DNA of 64,000 nt from Anolis carolinensis. Its lineage: Eukaryota. Positions 22,074 through 36,135 of the stretch are shown here, piece by piece. Location: NCBI RefSeq assembly GCF_035594765.1, contig NC_085842.1, positions 28,000,782-28,064,781 on the forward strand. Reading direction: 5' to 3'. The notes under the pieces are model-generated. The model saw nothing but the letters and a program-made list of their open reading frames with translations. It was not told where the DNA came from and ran no database searches. Within the stretch, counting starts at the first letter, position 1. Every line of letters starts with the position of its first letter. The position numbers were made by a program, and so were the translations under genes.

Positions 22074-22539
22074 CAATGACTGGCCCAACCCCTACTGAGA
22101 GCAGTGTCTGGTAAAATATATCTTCTTCTTCTTCCTTCTTGGTCTCTTCATACTGCTTCTTTGCATTTTCTAGATGCACCTCTGCAGATTCCAGCATTGC
22201 CTGGGACTTCTTCTGAACTTCTTTGATGGCAACCATCTGGGCTCTCAGGTCTGCCAAGCTCCCCTTCTTCTCCTGCAGATCGTCTTGCATTTGTTTCTTC
22301 ACCGCTATCATAGCTTCTGACTGGGAATCAACTTGTGAGAGGTGGGATTCAACCTGCCGTTCAGCCTCCGAAAAATGGTAGGATGCATTATTGATGCGAT
22401 CACGGGTTTTATTACAGATCTCCTCACTGTGTGGCCTTGGGAGGAACAGAATCTCAGCTAGGGACACCAACTCCTGCAGCCCTGCCGCCGAATGTTTCCG
22501 GATGAATCTGTTGTACTTGTCATCTTGCACGAAAGCCAT
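22074..22539 (-). CDS. Gene A1 first coding exon (MAFVQDDKYNRFIRKHS...)
   Basis: Kozak caccATGG at 22539, acceptor tttccag| at 22562, donor G|gtaagc at 22074; paralogous to 29775-30216. Confidence 0.85.
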
Positions 22540-23756
22540 GGTGAATAGTGATGGATGTGGAGCTGGAAATAAAAACAGCACAGGAAGATGATTTTAAAAA
22601 TAAAGACACAGCTATAACAAGCTGGGAACCAAAGGATGTCAGGGCAGCTAAAGTGAAATATTGCTGTTTCTGTGTGCCTCAACTCATTATCGACTTAAGA
22701 CCCAAAGGTAAAATTATCGCAGGTTTTACATAGCAAGATTTGTTCAAAGGTCATTTGGTTTGCCTTTCTCAGAAGCTGAGAGAATGTGCCTTTCCATGGC
22801 TAAGCAGGGATTTGAATTCTGATCTCTTATTGTAGTCTGACGCTTAAACCATTAACAGTACTAACTTTCAAAGTGGAATATAGTGCTATAATTGTGTAGT
22901 GTGAAAAGCCCTTATGTATTGGTTTAGCAACTATTGGCCCTTCCACACAGCCATGTAAGCCAGAATATCAAGTCAAATAATCCACAATATCTGCATTGAA
23001 TTGTATTATCTGAGTCCATACTGCCATATAATCCAGTCCAATGTGGGTTTTATATAGCTGTGTGGAAGGGGCCTAAGAGACTCAATTACAAATCAGAAGT
23101 TTATGGTTCAATTTTCCCAACTCTGTTCAAATCTTGGGCTGTAACTGAAATACTCCAAAATTATCTCCAAGAGAGGCTGAAATGTTGACACCTTTGCTTT
23201 TCTGATGGTTCAGTGTACCCAAACTTTGTTTCATGCATAGAATGATTAAAAATATGATGTATACATTTCAGGTTTATACTTGATCCCTATCTCCATATGC
23301 AACTATAGGTAATCCAAAAAATCCAGATAATTGTTCCTTTCTTTTTGAATAGAGACTTTTTGAATCTCTCAAAGTCTCTATACTGTTCCATCTGGGGGAA
23401 AAAAACTTTTGAAATGCTGTACAGATAAAACTTTCCAATTGCAGTTCAATGGAAGAGTTTTACTTGCATTGGAGGTAGAAAGCCCCAAAGAGTTAAGTCC
23501 CAGCCCCCTTCCACACAGTTGTATAAAATCCACATTGAACTGGAATATATGGCAACGTGGACTCAGATAACCCAGTTCAAAACAGATATTGTGGATTATC
23601 TGTCTTGATATTCTGGGTTATATGGCTGTGTGGAAAGGCTCCCGGTCACTAGTCAAAATAAAAGTATCACCTGCCATGTAGCATGATTACCAGTCATTTC
23701 AAGTTAAAAACTACATATCCTTGTCCTTCCACTTCTTTGTTGGCTATGCAGACTTA

Positions 23757-23831
23757 CCCTGCTGAAAGCTTTGTGTCTGTTTGCTTAGCTTCCTCTGGGT
23801 CTCATCTGCATTTCCAGTGTTTCACTTTATA
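23757..23831 (-). promoter_or_regulatory. A1 TATA box and probable non-coding exon 1
   Basis: TATAAA at 23831-23826; donor AGG|gtaagt at 23757. Confidence 0.6.
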
Positions 23832-23858
23832 TCCCAAGAGCGCAGAGGCTGAAAAGAA

Positions 23859-24018
23859 GCAGCCAAACAGATCTTAAGTTTCGGAAGTTTGCCTCTAATA
23901 GAATCGATGGACCCCTCCTTCCCACCCAACAAAAACATTCAAAGGGATTAAATGTTACCTTGAGGGGGAACTAGCTTTTATGCCTTTAGTCAGCTAGGTA
24001 TTGCAAAATACTTTGGGA
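23859..24018. promoter_or_regulatory. Shared A/B promoter block, copy 1
   Basis: Aligns with 33956-34113 and 50741-50893 in the same orientation. Confidence 0.75.
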
Positions 24019-26139
24019 CACGTGTATCTCTGTGTGTGGACACACACACACATTTAGAATGTGAGCATTGGTGTACCTTACATTTTTGCAAGCATATGGG
24101 GAAAATGTTGTTTCCATTTTACTAAAATGCACTTTGCCCCTTCTGTTCCACCTTCGAGATGAACAGACAGATACTGAGACATAGATTTTCCTGATGTTGC
24201 AACTGGAAACTCTATAGGCAGAACCAAGCCAGTGGAACATCTTGTTTTATAAGGGGAAGTATTGAGTGATGCATCACCAAAAGCATAAAGCCTGGAATAT
24301 TCTGTATTCAAGTGTATGTATGAGCCTTCAAGTTGTCTGCCCACTTATAGTGCCTCCATGAAATTCACAGTATTTTCTTAGATAAGAAATAGTTTTACCA
24401 TGTCCTTTCTCTAAAACATATCTGATGTTTTTTGACAGTCTCAGTTCCAAATTCTAAAAAGGCCAGACTTTATTCACTTCATTTGTCTGCTCTCTGGGTG
24501 GTGTGGCAACTGTGCCTGGAGGAAAAGGAATAATTATTGAGTAAACAGAAGTGACCTTCCCATCATCATCATTGTCCATTTTTGTTTGTTACCCACCTCT
24601 CCTCACGGCATGAGACGGAGCACAGCACAGATAAAACACATAACCATAAAATACCTTAATGTCAAGCACCTCTGGATTACATGGCAGTGTAGATCCAGCT
24701 TTAGTTATTAATCAGCACTCCCACCTTCTCAATTGCTTGTGAAAATGTCCCAGCTTGATTCTTCTTCTTGCCCTTCACTCCTCACCATATGTCAATTGCT
24801 GCAAACTAATTTCGAAAGTAGCAGCGGGATGAGAGAAGGGGTTGGAGTTCTTCCCTTCCCGATAGGCTCAGAACAAGGCTGACCGTAGCAGCCTCTCCTT
24901 GCTTATGTGTTCTTCCTCTTGAATAACTTTTGAAAACTTTTGAAACTTTGGCTATGCTCTGATGTAGGCCCCCTCTACACTGCCCTATATCCCATGATCT
25001 GATCCCAGATTATCTGGCAGTGGAGATTCATACAATGCAATTTAAAGCAGATAATCTGGGATCGGATCCTAGGATACAGGGCAATGTAGAAGGGGCCATA
25101 GTTTGCTTCCATATGTCACAGTTTTCTTCTGTGAAATTCTGGGGTGTGAAACAGTGGTAGTAGTTGCACCACCAGAAGGACACAGGGTGCAAGTGCTTTC
25201 ATCATCACACACAAAAATCTTCATAATACATTCAAAAATACTGATTTTTTTTAAAAAAATGTGTTTTGCAATAATTGCAATATTAATTGCAACAATAACT
25301 GCAACATTTATGGATAATGGTATTTTTACAATAGATTTAACAATAAGATTTAACAAACCATTCTTAAACTCACATATTGATAGGAATATCCTGTGATTTT
25401 TCTCCCTCCCTTAAAAACATATGCTGTGTGAATGTATGATTGGAATAAGAACTGAGAAATGTGTAAAGGTGCAAATAAATAAGCGTTGGGAATGTGAAGT
25501 TCACGAACCTGAAAAAAAGTCCAAAAGATTCTGGAGACAATTTTTAAGGCAAAATTAACTTCAAGCTGGAATTTATATTACTAGGACTATTGGATGATCA
25601 AATAGAAAAGGAACATGAGACAATACTGCAATATATGTTAACAGTGACAGGAATTCTATGTGGAAAACGACAGATACCAACTTTGGAAGATTAGATAGCA
25701 AAGCTGTGGGAACTCATAGGAATGGACAAGTTAACAATGTTGTTGTGGGATAGGTCATTTGATACAGAAAAACAGAAAAAAGGGAAGGAAGAAATCCAGT
25801 TTTAATATCAAATTACGTATATATGGGTTGCTGCGAGTTTTCTGGGCTACATGGCCATGTTCCAGAAGCATTCTCGCCTGACGTTTCACTCACATCTATG
25901 CAAAACTCCCCAGAAATTGCCTGTGATCTACCCAGTGATTCTGGCCATGAAAGCCTTCGATAACACATATGTATAAATGTTCGTAGTTAGGCTTATATGT
26001 AATTAAAATAGAGATGCATGTTGTGTAGCTTGGTATATAATTATTGTTTAAATATGTTTATGAATACATAATTAGTGTATTTTTATTTTTTATTTTTTTT
26101 CTTAATTTAAAAATATCAGGAGAAAGGATTCTAACATGG

Positions 26140-26176
<37 letters not shown>

Positions 26177-26680
26177 CAGTAGAGTCTCACTTATCCAACA
26201 TAAACGGGCCAGCAGAATGTTGGATAAGCGAATATGTTGGATAATAAGGAGGCATTAAGGAAAAGCCTATTAAACATCAAATTAGGTTATGATTTTACAA
26301 ATGAAGCACCCAAACATCATGTTATACAACAAATTTGGCAGAAAAAGTAGTTCAATACGCAGTAATGCTATGTAGTAATTACTGTATTTTAACGATTGTT
26401 TTTACTGTAATTGATATTTTTATTGGATAATTGTTTTATTGCTGTGTTTTAATATTTGATTGTTTTATCGGGCAAGGCCCCATGTAAGCCGCCCCGAGTC
26501 CCTTCGGGGAGATGGGGCGGGGTATAAAAATAAAGTAGTAGTAGTAGTAGTTGTTGTTGTTGTTGTATTTACGAATTTAGCACCAAAATATCATGATATA
26601 TTGAAAACATTGACTACAAAAATGCGTTGGATAATCCAGAACATTGGATAAGCGAGTGTTGGATAAGTGAGACTCTACTG
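26177..26680. mobile_element. Tc1/mariner-type MITE with an internal L2-like tail insertion
   Basis: Family TIRs; foreign segment at ~26391-26565. Confidence 0.75.
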
Positions 26681-27096
26681 TATATATATTCAGCCTCTGC
26701 CTCTGTATCAATTGACTCCCCTCATCTTGAGAAAAAGCATCAAGGAATCAAGCCAGCTGGGGAATGTGAAGAGGTTGGAAACTTTAGTATTAAGGCTAGC
26801 AAAAGGGGAGCGCCCATTTTAAAACAATGGGATATCATCCTCAGACTCACAAGATGATAAATGTAATGCCCCCCGAACAAATCCCACCAAGATAGCCCTA
26901 TGAAAGGTTTGCCTTGAGATCACGTTAGAAATGACCTGAAGAATAAGAACAACAGCAGTAACAAATAAAAAAGCCACACAAGAACATCACCATACAGAAT
27001 TTATTTGTATGTTTCAGCACAAAGGATAGTATTCAGCAGAGAAAAGTGGGACAGCATTTACTAAAAGCATATGATGAGGAAGGCCATGGAGTATTA

Positions 27097-27587
27097 TTAA
27101 GCAATGGCTACGTTTGCCCTGGCTCTCAGAGACTGCACTGCGCTGTTTATTTGCTTAACCAAAGTTCGAATCTCCTTATCAACAAGGAATGATTCTGCAT
27201 CCTGCCCTGAGATCATTCCTGCTATTTCTTCTAAAATATCCACCACAAACTCAGAGATATCGCCATAGTTGCAGATCACTGCAGCAGCTTTAATTTTTCC
27301 TCCCAGAAAATTTAACTGCGAAAGGCATTTTCTGATCCAGGATGCCTGTGTTGTTCTGGTGGCATATAGAGCAAGTACCTCATCGCATTCAGATTGAACC
27401 TGGGAGATTTCCTGCTCCATAGTATTTATCCAAGCCAGTAACTCCTGCTCCTTTCGAGGTATTTCTGCAACCTCCTCCTTGTAGCCTTCGACTTCTACTC
27501 TATATTGAGCCAAAGCTTGTTCAGTCTCAACTACAAGCTTGTAAGCTGCGTCCACAACTGCTTTGAGACTAGAAGACATCACAAGTC
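27097..27587 (-). CDS. Gene A2 last coding exon (310-aa paralogue of A1)
   Basis: Acceptor ttctag|GA at 27587; WIRKCLSQLNFLGGKI vs A1 WIRKFLSLLDLLGGRI; ILEEIAGM conserved. Confidence 0.85.
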
Positions 27588-28167
27588 CTAGAAAGTAAAG
27601 ACAAATAAATGAGGAATTCACCTGGAGTTACTGAGAATAAATTGTTCTGTAGTCAAATCAGAACCTTGCATGGCACAGAGGTTCAAGTTTTAGGACCTCA
27701 TCACATTTGGATATAATCCATTTGTATCAGTATGCATCCCATATTGTTTTAGGACTGGATGCATACTGTGTTGAGATGGGATGCATATTCTCACCATTAA
27801 ATCCAAGAATTATGATTATTACAATTTGAAAATACTATGCTTTGACCATGGAAGGCAGACTCCTCCCAATCTGGCCTCCTATGCCACTGTTTTTGGGTTT
27901 TGTTTTGTTTTTTGCCATAATATAGCCTGGAAGTCTCAATCTACCATTCTCATGAGATTTTAGCTGACAGAATGCACACTGATGTTCTGATCACATGTAC
28001 AAACAGCAATGTATAAACTTAAAGTAGATTAAAGACGTGATTAGAATCCTTTGTGCAATTATTCAATTTCTGTGACATTTTGCAGACATAATCCAATGGA
28101 TTACTGGTAGAATAGGGCAAATGTCATGTGATAGGACCCGTTCAAAATTATGTTCGGAAACAGAGTA

Positions 28168-28487
28168 CAGTAGAGTCTCACTTGTCCAACACTCACTTAT
28201 CCAACGTTCTGGATTATCCAACGCATTTTTGTAGTCAATGTTTTCAAAATATCATATTTTGGTGCTAAATGCGTAAATACAGTAATTACTACATAGCATT
28301 ACTGCGTATTGAACTACTTTTTCTGTGAAATTTGTTGTATAACATGATGTTTTGGTGCTTAATTTGTAAAATCATAACCTAATTCAATGTTTAATAGGCT
28401 TTTCCTTAATCCCTCCTTATTATCCAACATATTCACTTATCCAACATTCTTCTGGCCAGTTTATGTTGGATAAGTGAGACTCTACTG
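28168..28487. mobile_element. Tc1/mariner-type MITE
   Basis: Family TIRs. Confidence 0.8.
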
Positions 28488-29152
28488 TATATCCCAATGT
28501 GATAAGGTGTCAGATTGCAATTTGAGAACCTGACCTACATCACAGACTTGTATGAATAGAGAGGAAAGACAAGCCATCTATGCTGTTGAAAGAGGGAATA
28601 TTTAGACATAAATGTAACTTACAAACCAACAAAATAAACTGGTTTTCTTACTCCTATATGTTTTAACAGTAGCAAAACAATTATCTCCCATTTCCCCTTT
28701 AGAGTTAGGGAACTAGAAGGAAAATATTGGGGATGGTGGGATGAGAAAATGTGAAAGAATTCAAAGCTCAGCATTTTAAAAACAAATTATTGGTTCAGCA
28801 TGTTATCATAGAGTATAATCATCATCATCATAATCTTTTTTTATACCCTGCCCCATCTCCCCAAGGAGACTTGGAGCGGCTTACAACTAAAGTCAATATA
28901 CAGCAAATAAGCATGTAGCAAACAACAGAAGTAAACACATAAATTACATAAAAAATAAATAACAGTAAACTAAGACAAAAGGATAATTACACAAGGTGTG
29001 ATTTACACTGCACAGTTACAACAGTTTAGTGCCATTGTGATGGGATCCTGTAATATTTTGTAGTTTGGTGAGGAACTTAAGATTTTTTTGCTAGAGAAAC
29101 TACGGTTTCCAAGGTGTCCTGTCTGGCTATCTGCACTAAACATTAAACTATG

Positions 29153-29463
29153 TAAAAGTAAAGGTTTTACTCTGACATTAAATCTAATTGTGTCTGACTC
29201 CGGGGATTGGTGCACATATCCATTTCTAGGCCGAAGAGCCAGCGTTGTCCGTAGACATGTGGCCAACATGACTGCATGGAGCACTGTTACCTTCCTGCCA
29301 AATTGGTACCTATTGATCTACTCACATTTGCATATTTTTGAACTGCTAGGTTGGCAGAAGCTGGGGGTAACTGTAGGAGCTCATCTTGCTCCCTGGATTC
29401 GAACCGCCAACCTTTCGGTCAGCAAGTTCAGCAGCTCAGCGGTTTAACCCGCTGCGCCACAGG
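29153..29463 (-). mobile_element. Sauria SINE
   Basis: Tail-like sequence at left, tRNA-like head at right; homologous to 60499-60825. Confidence 0.8.
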
Positions 29464-29774
29464 AAATCTTCTCTGTAGATCTTCACCAGTCTACAAATCC
29501 CAGGACCGCTTAGGATAAAGCCATGACATTTACAGTAGCACCAAGCTGCTTAGTTCCATAATGTAGACAGATGCACCCCAAATGTATTGTATATCTGCCC
29601 TCACTGAAGGCACACTGCTTCCCACTGGTGAAAACAAGGCTCAAGTACAGACAAAGTCAATTCTATAAGCCTGATGTGTGCCCACACTTCCTCAAGCTTA
29701 GTGGGATTGCATATTCTGTTGTAGGGAATTACATACAGTCCAGGACTTACTAATACAGATGAAAATAAACCTAC

Positions 29775-30216
29775 TAAGGATTGAAAAAGGTGCTAACATG
29801 TTAGCTGGCATTTTACACGTCTCCTCTTCCGCATGCTTTTCATGCTGCTTCCTTTCTTTTTTTAGACACAGCTCTGCAGATTCTGGCATTGTCTCTGCCT
29901 TCATTTGAGCTTCTTTGTGGGCAATGATCTCGACTCTCATGTCTGCCAATTTCCCCTTCTTTTCCTGCAGATTGTCTTGCATTTGTTTTATCAGCACAAT
30001 CACTTCATTTGGATGAGAAATTAATATTTTATCTTTAGCTATAGTAAAAAAGTAAGATGCACTATCTACAAGACCACTGGATTTATTACTGATCTCCTCA
30101 ATGGGTGAATTTGCGAGGAGTAGAAGCTCAGCTAAGGCCAAAATCTTCTGCAGGGCTGATTGTACTTCTTCACTGATGATGAATGTATTGTACATCTCAT
30201 CTTGCCTGAAAGCCAT
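29775..30216 (-). CDS. Gene A2 first coding exon (MAFRQDEMYNTFII...)
   Basis: caccATGG at 30216, acceptor ctctctag| at 30239, donor A|gtaggt at 29775 (phase 1); KQMQDNLQEKKG conserved with A1. Confidence 0.8.
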
Positions 30217-31929
30217 GGTGAATAGTGATGGATTTGGAGCTAGAGAGAAAAACAATACCGTGGAGATGAGTTTAAAAATAAGGACACCGTTTTAGCAAAC
30301 CTGGGAGCCCACATTTATTTGTATCCTTTGTTGAAACAGTATTTCTCTCACATCACACAATTCTAGAACTATGTTCCACTTAAACTTCCAAGGCAACATA
30401 ATCTGGAATCCTGGGATATTCAGTTCAGGGAGGGGCATTTAAAACTGTTATTTTTCTGTGCCTCTTAAGTAATTTTGAACTTGTGTAGACCCCTGTCAGA
30501 GTTTTATATTATTTAGGTCATTTCTTATGTGAAAATGGATAAGTGTTTGTAAGAATCATGTCCTATCCATGTATGACCAGCAGCAATCAAGACACCTGCT
30601 AAAGACTGAGTGCTATTAATAGAGACTGAGTAAATCTTGAGTTTGTGAATGTGATTGTGAAGGTGAAGGTGAGGTGATGTGATGTGATGGTGACGATGAT
30701 GGTGTTGCTGTTGGAAAGCTGTTGGAGTGGAGCTGAAGAAAGCTTGAAGATAACATTTTGTTTCGCCGTTTTAAAGCTGTAGATAAAAGCCAAGGACTCT
30801 TATGTTTGTATATTTTCATATAAATCTTTCTTTACTAAAAGACAGTTTGTTTTGGAGTTTTCTCCTTCAAGGGGTTGAATGTTTGGAACCCCAGTTTGAT
30901 AGCTACAACATACCCTAAGGCGAAATTATCATGGGGTTTTCTTTGCAAGATTTATCAAAAGGGATTTGGCTTTGCCTCTTTCTATCATTTGGCTTTGCCC
31001 CAGGTCACCCAGGGAGTTTCCATGGCTGAGAAGAGATTTGACTCTGGTCTCCCAACACTGAAACCGCTACATCATACGTATCAGGATTTGGGGAGAAGTC
31101 AAGTATAAAAGCATATCCAGATGGTTAATTGCAAGGTCAAAATGATATGGCAGGTCCCAATATCTGGTAAAACTATGAGGCAATCCCAAAGTGTTGGGGC
31201 AATCTGGACAGTGAGGTAGGGTACAATTTGATTCATAGCCCCATCCAATGTACACCATCACCCCCTTCCTATGCTTTATCAGCACAAGGAAAGACAATGG
31301 ATCGTGCTCGTGTCATTGCTGCTCCTACCCCCTAGCCATAACAACATCCATATTCTTGGACAAGGATAACACAGATCTTTGACTAGCAGTGGAAATTTAC
31401 TGTACTCATACAAAAACTTGTGCCAACATCAGCAGAAAAAAGGCCTCCAAAACAATAATAATTGTTTTTTTGTTTTTAGCCTACTATGCTTGCCATACAT
31501 CCACCCTCATTTGATTTTTGGCACCTGTTGTGCTTGCAAAATTGACCCATTTAATTTTCATCTTTAAAAACCCTGATTCTTTTAAGAAACAATAATACAG
31601 GATTGTGGTCTGAAAAGGCCTTTGGCAATATCTCAATCTTTTTTTTTGCCAAAGATTTTGAAATCCAAATTATATCAGTTATTAAAGATCTATTACTTTC
31701 CTCTTTTCATTTTTATATTGCCATAAATCCAATAATTCCAAATTATCCCTTATGTCCAAACACACATTTATTTATTTACTGTACTTATACCCTGCCCTTC
31801 TCGCACCCGAAGGGTGACTCAGGGTGGCTTACAAACTATGGCAATAATTCAATGCCAGATTCGGATAATAAAAATAACAATAAAGCACAATATTATAAAA
31901 CTGTAAAAACATATATCAATTATAAATAA

Positions 31930-32580
31930 TCTTTCAGATGATTAAAACATATCAAAGTAATTTACCTTGATAAATCTTCATCTTTTTGTCCAAAGTCTGA
32001 TATTTTTCGGGGATATGAGCCTGTTCTCTTCCCTTGATAAACTATTATATATAAAAAAATCAGTAACAGTTCATCCCTTTGATTGGTTTTAAAATATACT
32101 CTATCTTCACATTTATCACTACCACCAGGGTCTCAGTTTACTTTGGTAATTAAGGTTATATTAGCATTACCCTACATCTATGGTATCTTCCCCATCAAAA
32201 TCAAATTCATAATCCATTGTAGAATTAAAATCTAAGATTTATAATATTGATCTGAGAGTCCATTTGGACATGGAGCCTTCCCTAGCTTTATATTCTTTAT
32301 TGCTTCTGTGACTTCAATTCATTTATTCTTTTCCTTTGTTCATCATTAATTGTAGGTAAGTTCTGAATTACATAAATAACTTTCTAGATTCTCCTCGATA
32401 ATTTCTTATGCTTTATAAAGGGATGAATGACACTTTTGAAAAATCTTTGTAAACTTTCTTGATCTGAAATGTTATTTTTATCATCTTTTTATGGTCTCAT
32501 TTTATTCTTCTGAAACTATTTGTTTTTTTAAAAAATACATGTATGTTGTTTTACTAATTTTAATCGTTTTTAGAATTACA
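31930..32580 (-). mobile_element. Degraded L1-like ORF2 fragment
   Basis: A-rich minus strand with interrupted RT-like coding character. Confidence 0.4.
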
Positions 32581-32723
32581 TTGTATCACCTCATGTCCCA
32601 CTCTGGGAAACAGTCAATACACAAATGAAGCACAGAGATAAATTTGACAATTCTAAATGTACTGTTTAGTACATCTCTTTTTCCTACTTTTGCTAACATA
32701 ACCTTTCACAGAGTCGAGCTCAC

Positions 32724-32766
32724 CACTTCAGGAGTTGTTTATTTTCTAGCCTCAGCTGGATTTATA
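32724..32766 (-). promoter_or_regulatory. Candidate A2 TATA box and very short exon 1
   Basis: TATAAA at 32766-32761; donor GTG|gtgagc at 32724. Confidence 0.35.
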
Positions 32767-33955
32767 CACATGCTGGTGAATGTTTTATTTTAAGGGGTGA
32801 CATAAAACTGCAAAGTATGCCAGGAACTGATGTCTGAACATTTAACCTTCACAGAAAGAAACCAAAGGGTCTCAACTTTTGAAGATTTCAAAGTAATACT
32901 TCTTTTTGATTTAATAGCCAGTAGTTTTGATCTCTCTCTAGCTAAAAATGACAGATACATTTATTAGAGCTACAGAACTGGAAAAATGTTACTGATGCAA
33001 GAAGATCATCAGTGGATACAACAATTGAAAAGACATCACCTGTATGGCTACAATAATGGAAGAGCTGAAGCAGATCATTGCGAAACAATTTGAGAAACAA
33101 GGAAAAATAATCAAGAGTTAAAGCAAGAACTGAAACATGACACACACCAGGAGAGAAGTGAGAAAGAGGTTGTTGTATGTTTTTTGGGATGTATGGCCAT
33201 GTTCTAGAAGTATTCTCTCCTGATGTTTCGCCCACATCTATGGCAGGCATCCTCGGTTCTTGGTTTATTTGGAGTGCTGATTCAGAAAAATGCATTGGAT
33301 AGACCACGTCAGCTCTAGATTATTAAATATGGCTTTCTGTGGGCAAGCAGATGATGACTACTGGATCGTATACATTCTGTATCAGAAACTAGAGCTGATG
33401 TGGTCTAAACAATGCAGTTTTCTGCATTTTCCAAATAACCAAACCGAATCTAAAGTTAACAAAAAACTAATTTGTAACTCTTTTGGTACTAACATTGGAG
33501 AGTGGTCCCTGGTCAAAAAAAGGTTGGGAACCACTGGGTTAAAGAATCAACTAATGCAGGAAGTCAAGATGATAAATGGAAAGATAGAGAAACTGGAACA
33601 ATACATAAAGAGAAAGAATAACAATTGAATAGCCTCACCTTGAACTGGTTTCCACTTGTATTCTCTTTCTGTAGTTCTACCTTAGTTGGATCCCTTCGGG
33701 GCAAGAAGGTGGGTTATAAATAAAGATTATGATTATAATTATGATTATTTGTTGTGCTACATTTATAATATGTTGTTTTTGTTTTTGTAATGAATGGCGA
33801 TGTATTCCCAAAGATGTTGTTTAATTTATAATTGTTGTAATAACTCTATATTACAGTTGATGGTCCTTTTTTCATTCTGTTAAATAGCTGTCTATTACCT
33901 TTTCTGTATGAGTACATAGATATTTGAGAAAGGCTAATAACAGAGCAGGGGACAT

Positions 33956-34204
33956 GCAGCCAATCAGATCTTAAGTTTTGGATGTTTATCTCCATGGGAT
34001 CCACCTCTTCGTTCCCCCCACTAGCAGAAACATCCAAAGGGATTAAATGTCACCTTGGGAGGAATTAGTTCGGATGTTCTTTTGTCAGACAGGTATTTCA
34101 AAACACTTTGGGGAGTGATATGATGGACACTCACAGCCCCTATATATGAGGCCCTGCATTGAGAAATGAGCGCACTGCATCTTTGGCCCTTGGCTCCACA
34201 ATAG
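33956..34204 (+). promoter_or_regulatory. B1 promoter: shared block, TATA and non-coding exon 1
   Basis: TATATA at 34141; donor AG|gtgagt at 34204; colinear with 50741-50998. Confidence 0.75.
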
Positions 34205-34817
34205 GTGAGTAAACGTTGGTATTGGAGGGAATGTCTGAAGATTTTAGCACTGAGCTCCAGCTGGAATAAGAGCTCTTTCCCATTGCACATTGATACCCCT
34301 TTTAACTGCCATGGTTTCATCCTATGGAATCCAACATGTGTAGTTTAGAATTTTCTGCCAGTTTTCACATCCCAGGATCCCATTGGATATGGTTTTAGCA
34401 GTTAGATATGGTCAACTGGCACTGATGGTTATAGAGATACTATTATTTGTGACCACAAGGGGCCAGACAGGGTTGTCCCTGCCTATTATAGTAGTGGGTA
34501 GAAATTCCTCAGCCCTTTCACACTATACAAATAGAGCAATTTGATAGCATTTGAATTTTAATAGCAGCTCCCAATTGAATTCTGGGGTTTGTAGTTTGAT
34601 GAGGTACCCTTGCTCTCAAACTGAGAATTTTAAGTGTTAGTATGTGCCTTCAAGTCACCTGTCAAGTTACGGCAACCTCATGAATTTTGTATTGTCATGA
34701 AGATCTAGTGAAACATGCATAAACTCACATGCTGCAAAGTATTATAAGTAACTTTAAATTGTTTTTTATTTATTAATTTAAATAAATTTTAATTGAATTG
34801 TTTTAATAACAGTGGTA

Positions 34818-35139
34818 CAGTAGAGTCTCGCTTATCCAACGTAAATGGGCCGGCAGAATGTTGGATAAGCGAATATGTTGGATAATAAGGAGAGATTAAG
34901 GAAAAGCCTATTAAACATTAAATTAGGTTATGATTTTACAAATTAAGCACCAAAACATCATGTTATACAACAAATTTGACAGAAAAAATAGTTCAATACA
35001 CAGCAATGCCCACAAGCAATTTACGAATTTAGCATATATTACGAATATATCATGATATATTGAAAACATTGACTAAAAAAATGCGTTGTATAATCCAGAA
35101 TGTTGGATAAGCAAGCATTGGATAAGTAAGACTCTACTG
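34818..35139. mobile_element. Tc1/mariner-type MITE
   Basis: Family TIRs. Confidence 0.8.
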
Positions 35140-36135
35140 TATTTGGATCTTGGTCCTGAGAGAAAAGAGTACAAAGAAGGAGAAGAAGATCAGAAATCCC
35201 TATGTTTTTTTTTCTTTCTCTTGAAAGCATATGCTATGTATGTGTTTGATTGTTTGACCCTTTAAACCATTTAGCCAAAATGTGATAGACTCCACAAATG
35301 AATAAGTCAGAAGAGTGCACAAAGCTGTAATAGGTGCACTCTAAAACTATTAATTCCATCTATATAATACCACATCTTTTTCCTATTGTATAAAATCCAA
35401 ACTTTCAGGCTTCTTTCTTCTCTGGCCTTAATTGAGAGCTGGGGAACATACATCCCACCCGGATATGGCTGAATCCCAGTTCCCATCTGCCTTAATTAGC
35501 CACACTAATTGTGAGGCATGAACAGAGTAATAGTTCTTCAACAATATGAGGCAGAAGGTTCCCCCATCCTGCTCTAACCAACTACATCTCACCAAACCAA
35601 TTTAGGTATTTCTTCTGACATCTTAGTTTTATATATCATATTTCATTTCCATTAAGTTCAGTTAGGATTGAGTTTTAGTGGCCATGGAGGGAAATTTCAT
35701 GGTTTTTTAAAACTCCACACAATGATGGAAACATTATTGAACCATCTCTGATAATTAACCGAATGGCCATCCTTCTCCCAATACAGATGATGCTTGGTAA
35801 AGTAGGTTGCCAGAAGAGTTGTGCTTGTGATAGTAGTGTCAAAATCATTATTACATAGTGATTGTGAATATCGAACAGTTACAGTTGTTTCAGATTAACA
35901 TTGGCCACATAGTCACAATTCTGATACTATTGCCACAATCATAATGTTGTTTGTTAACTTCATGGCTGCTATTATACAGGTTCAGACTGCTCTTTGTAAC
36001 TCAGGCTTATAGGTTCAAGAGGTCCAAGATTTGCAGGTATAATTAGAGCAACACTTTTGCCAAATTGTAAGCCACTCTGAGTCACTCTGAGTCCCCCTCA
36101 GGAAGAGAGAGAATGGGATAGACACACAATAAATA

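Noticed and set aside
19641-30216. Calling A genes myosin, tropomyosin or keratin fragments
   Set aside because: Coiled-coil composition only; none of those family motifs is present and a hydrophobic segment interrupts the rod
30599-30819. Extra coding exon of A2 (Ser/Thr/His-rich ORF)
   Set aside because: Low complexity, no convincing splice sites and no counterpart in A1
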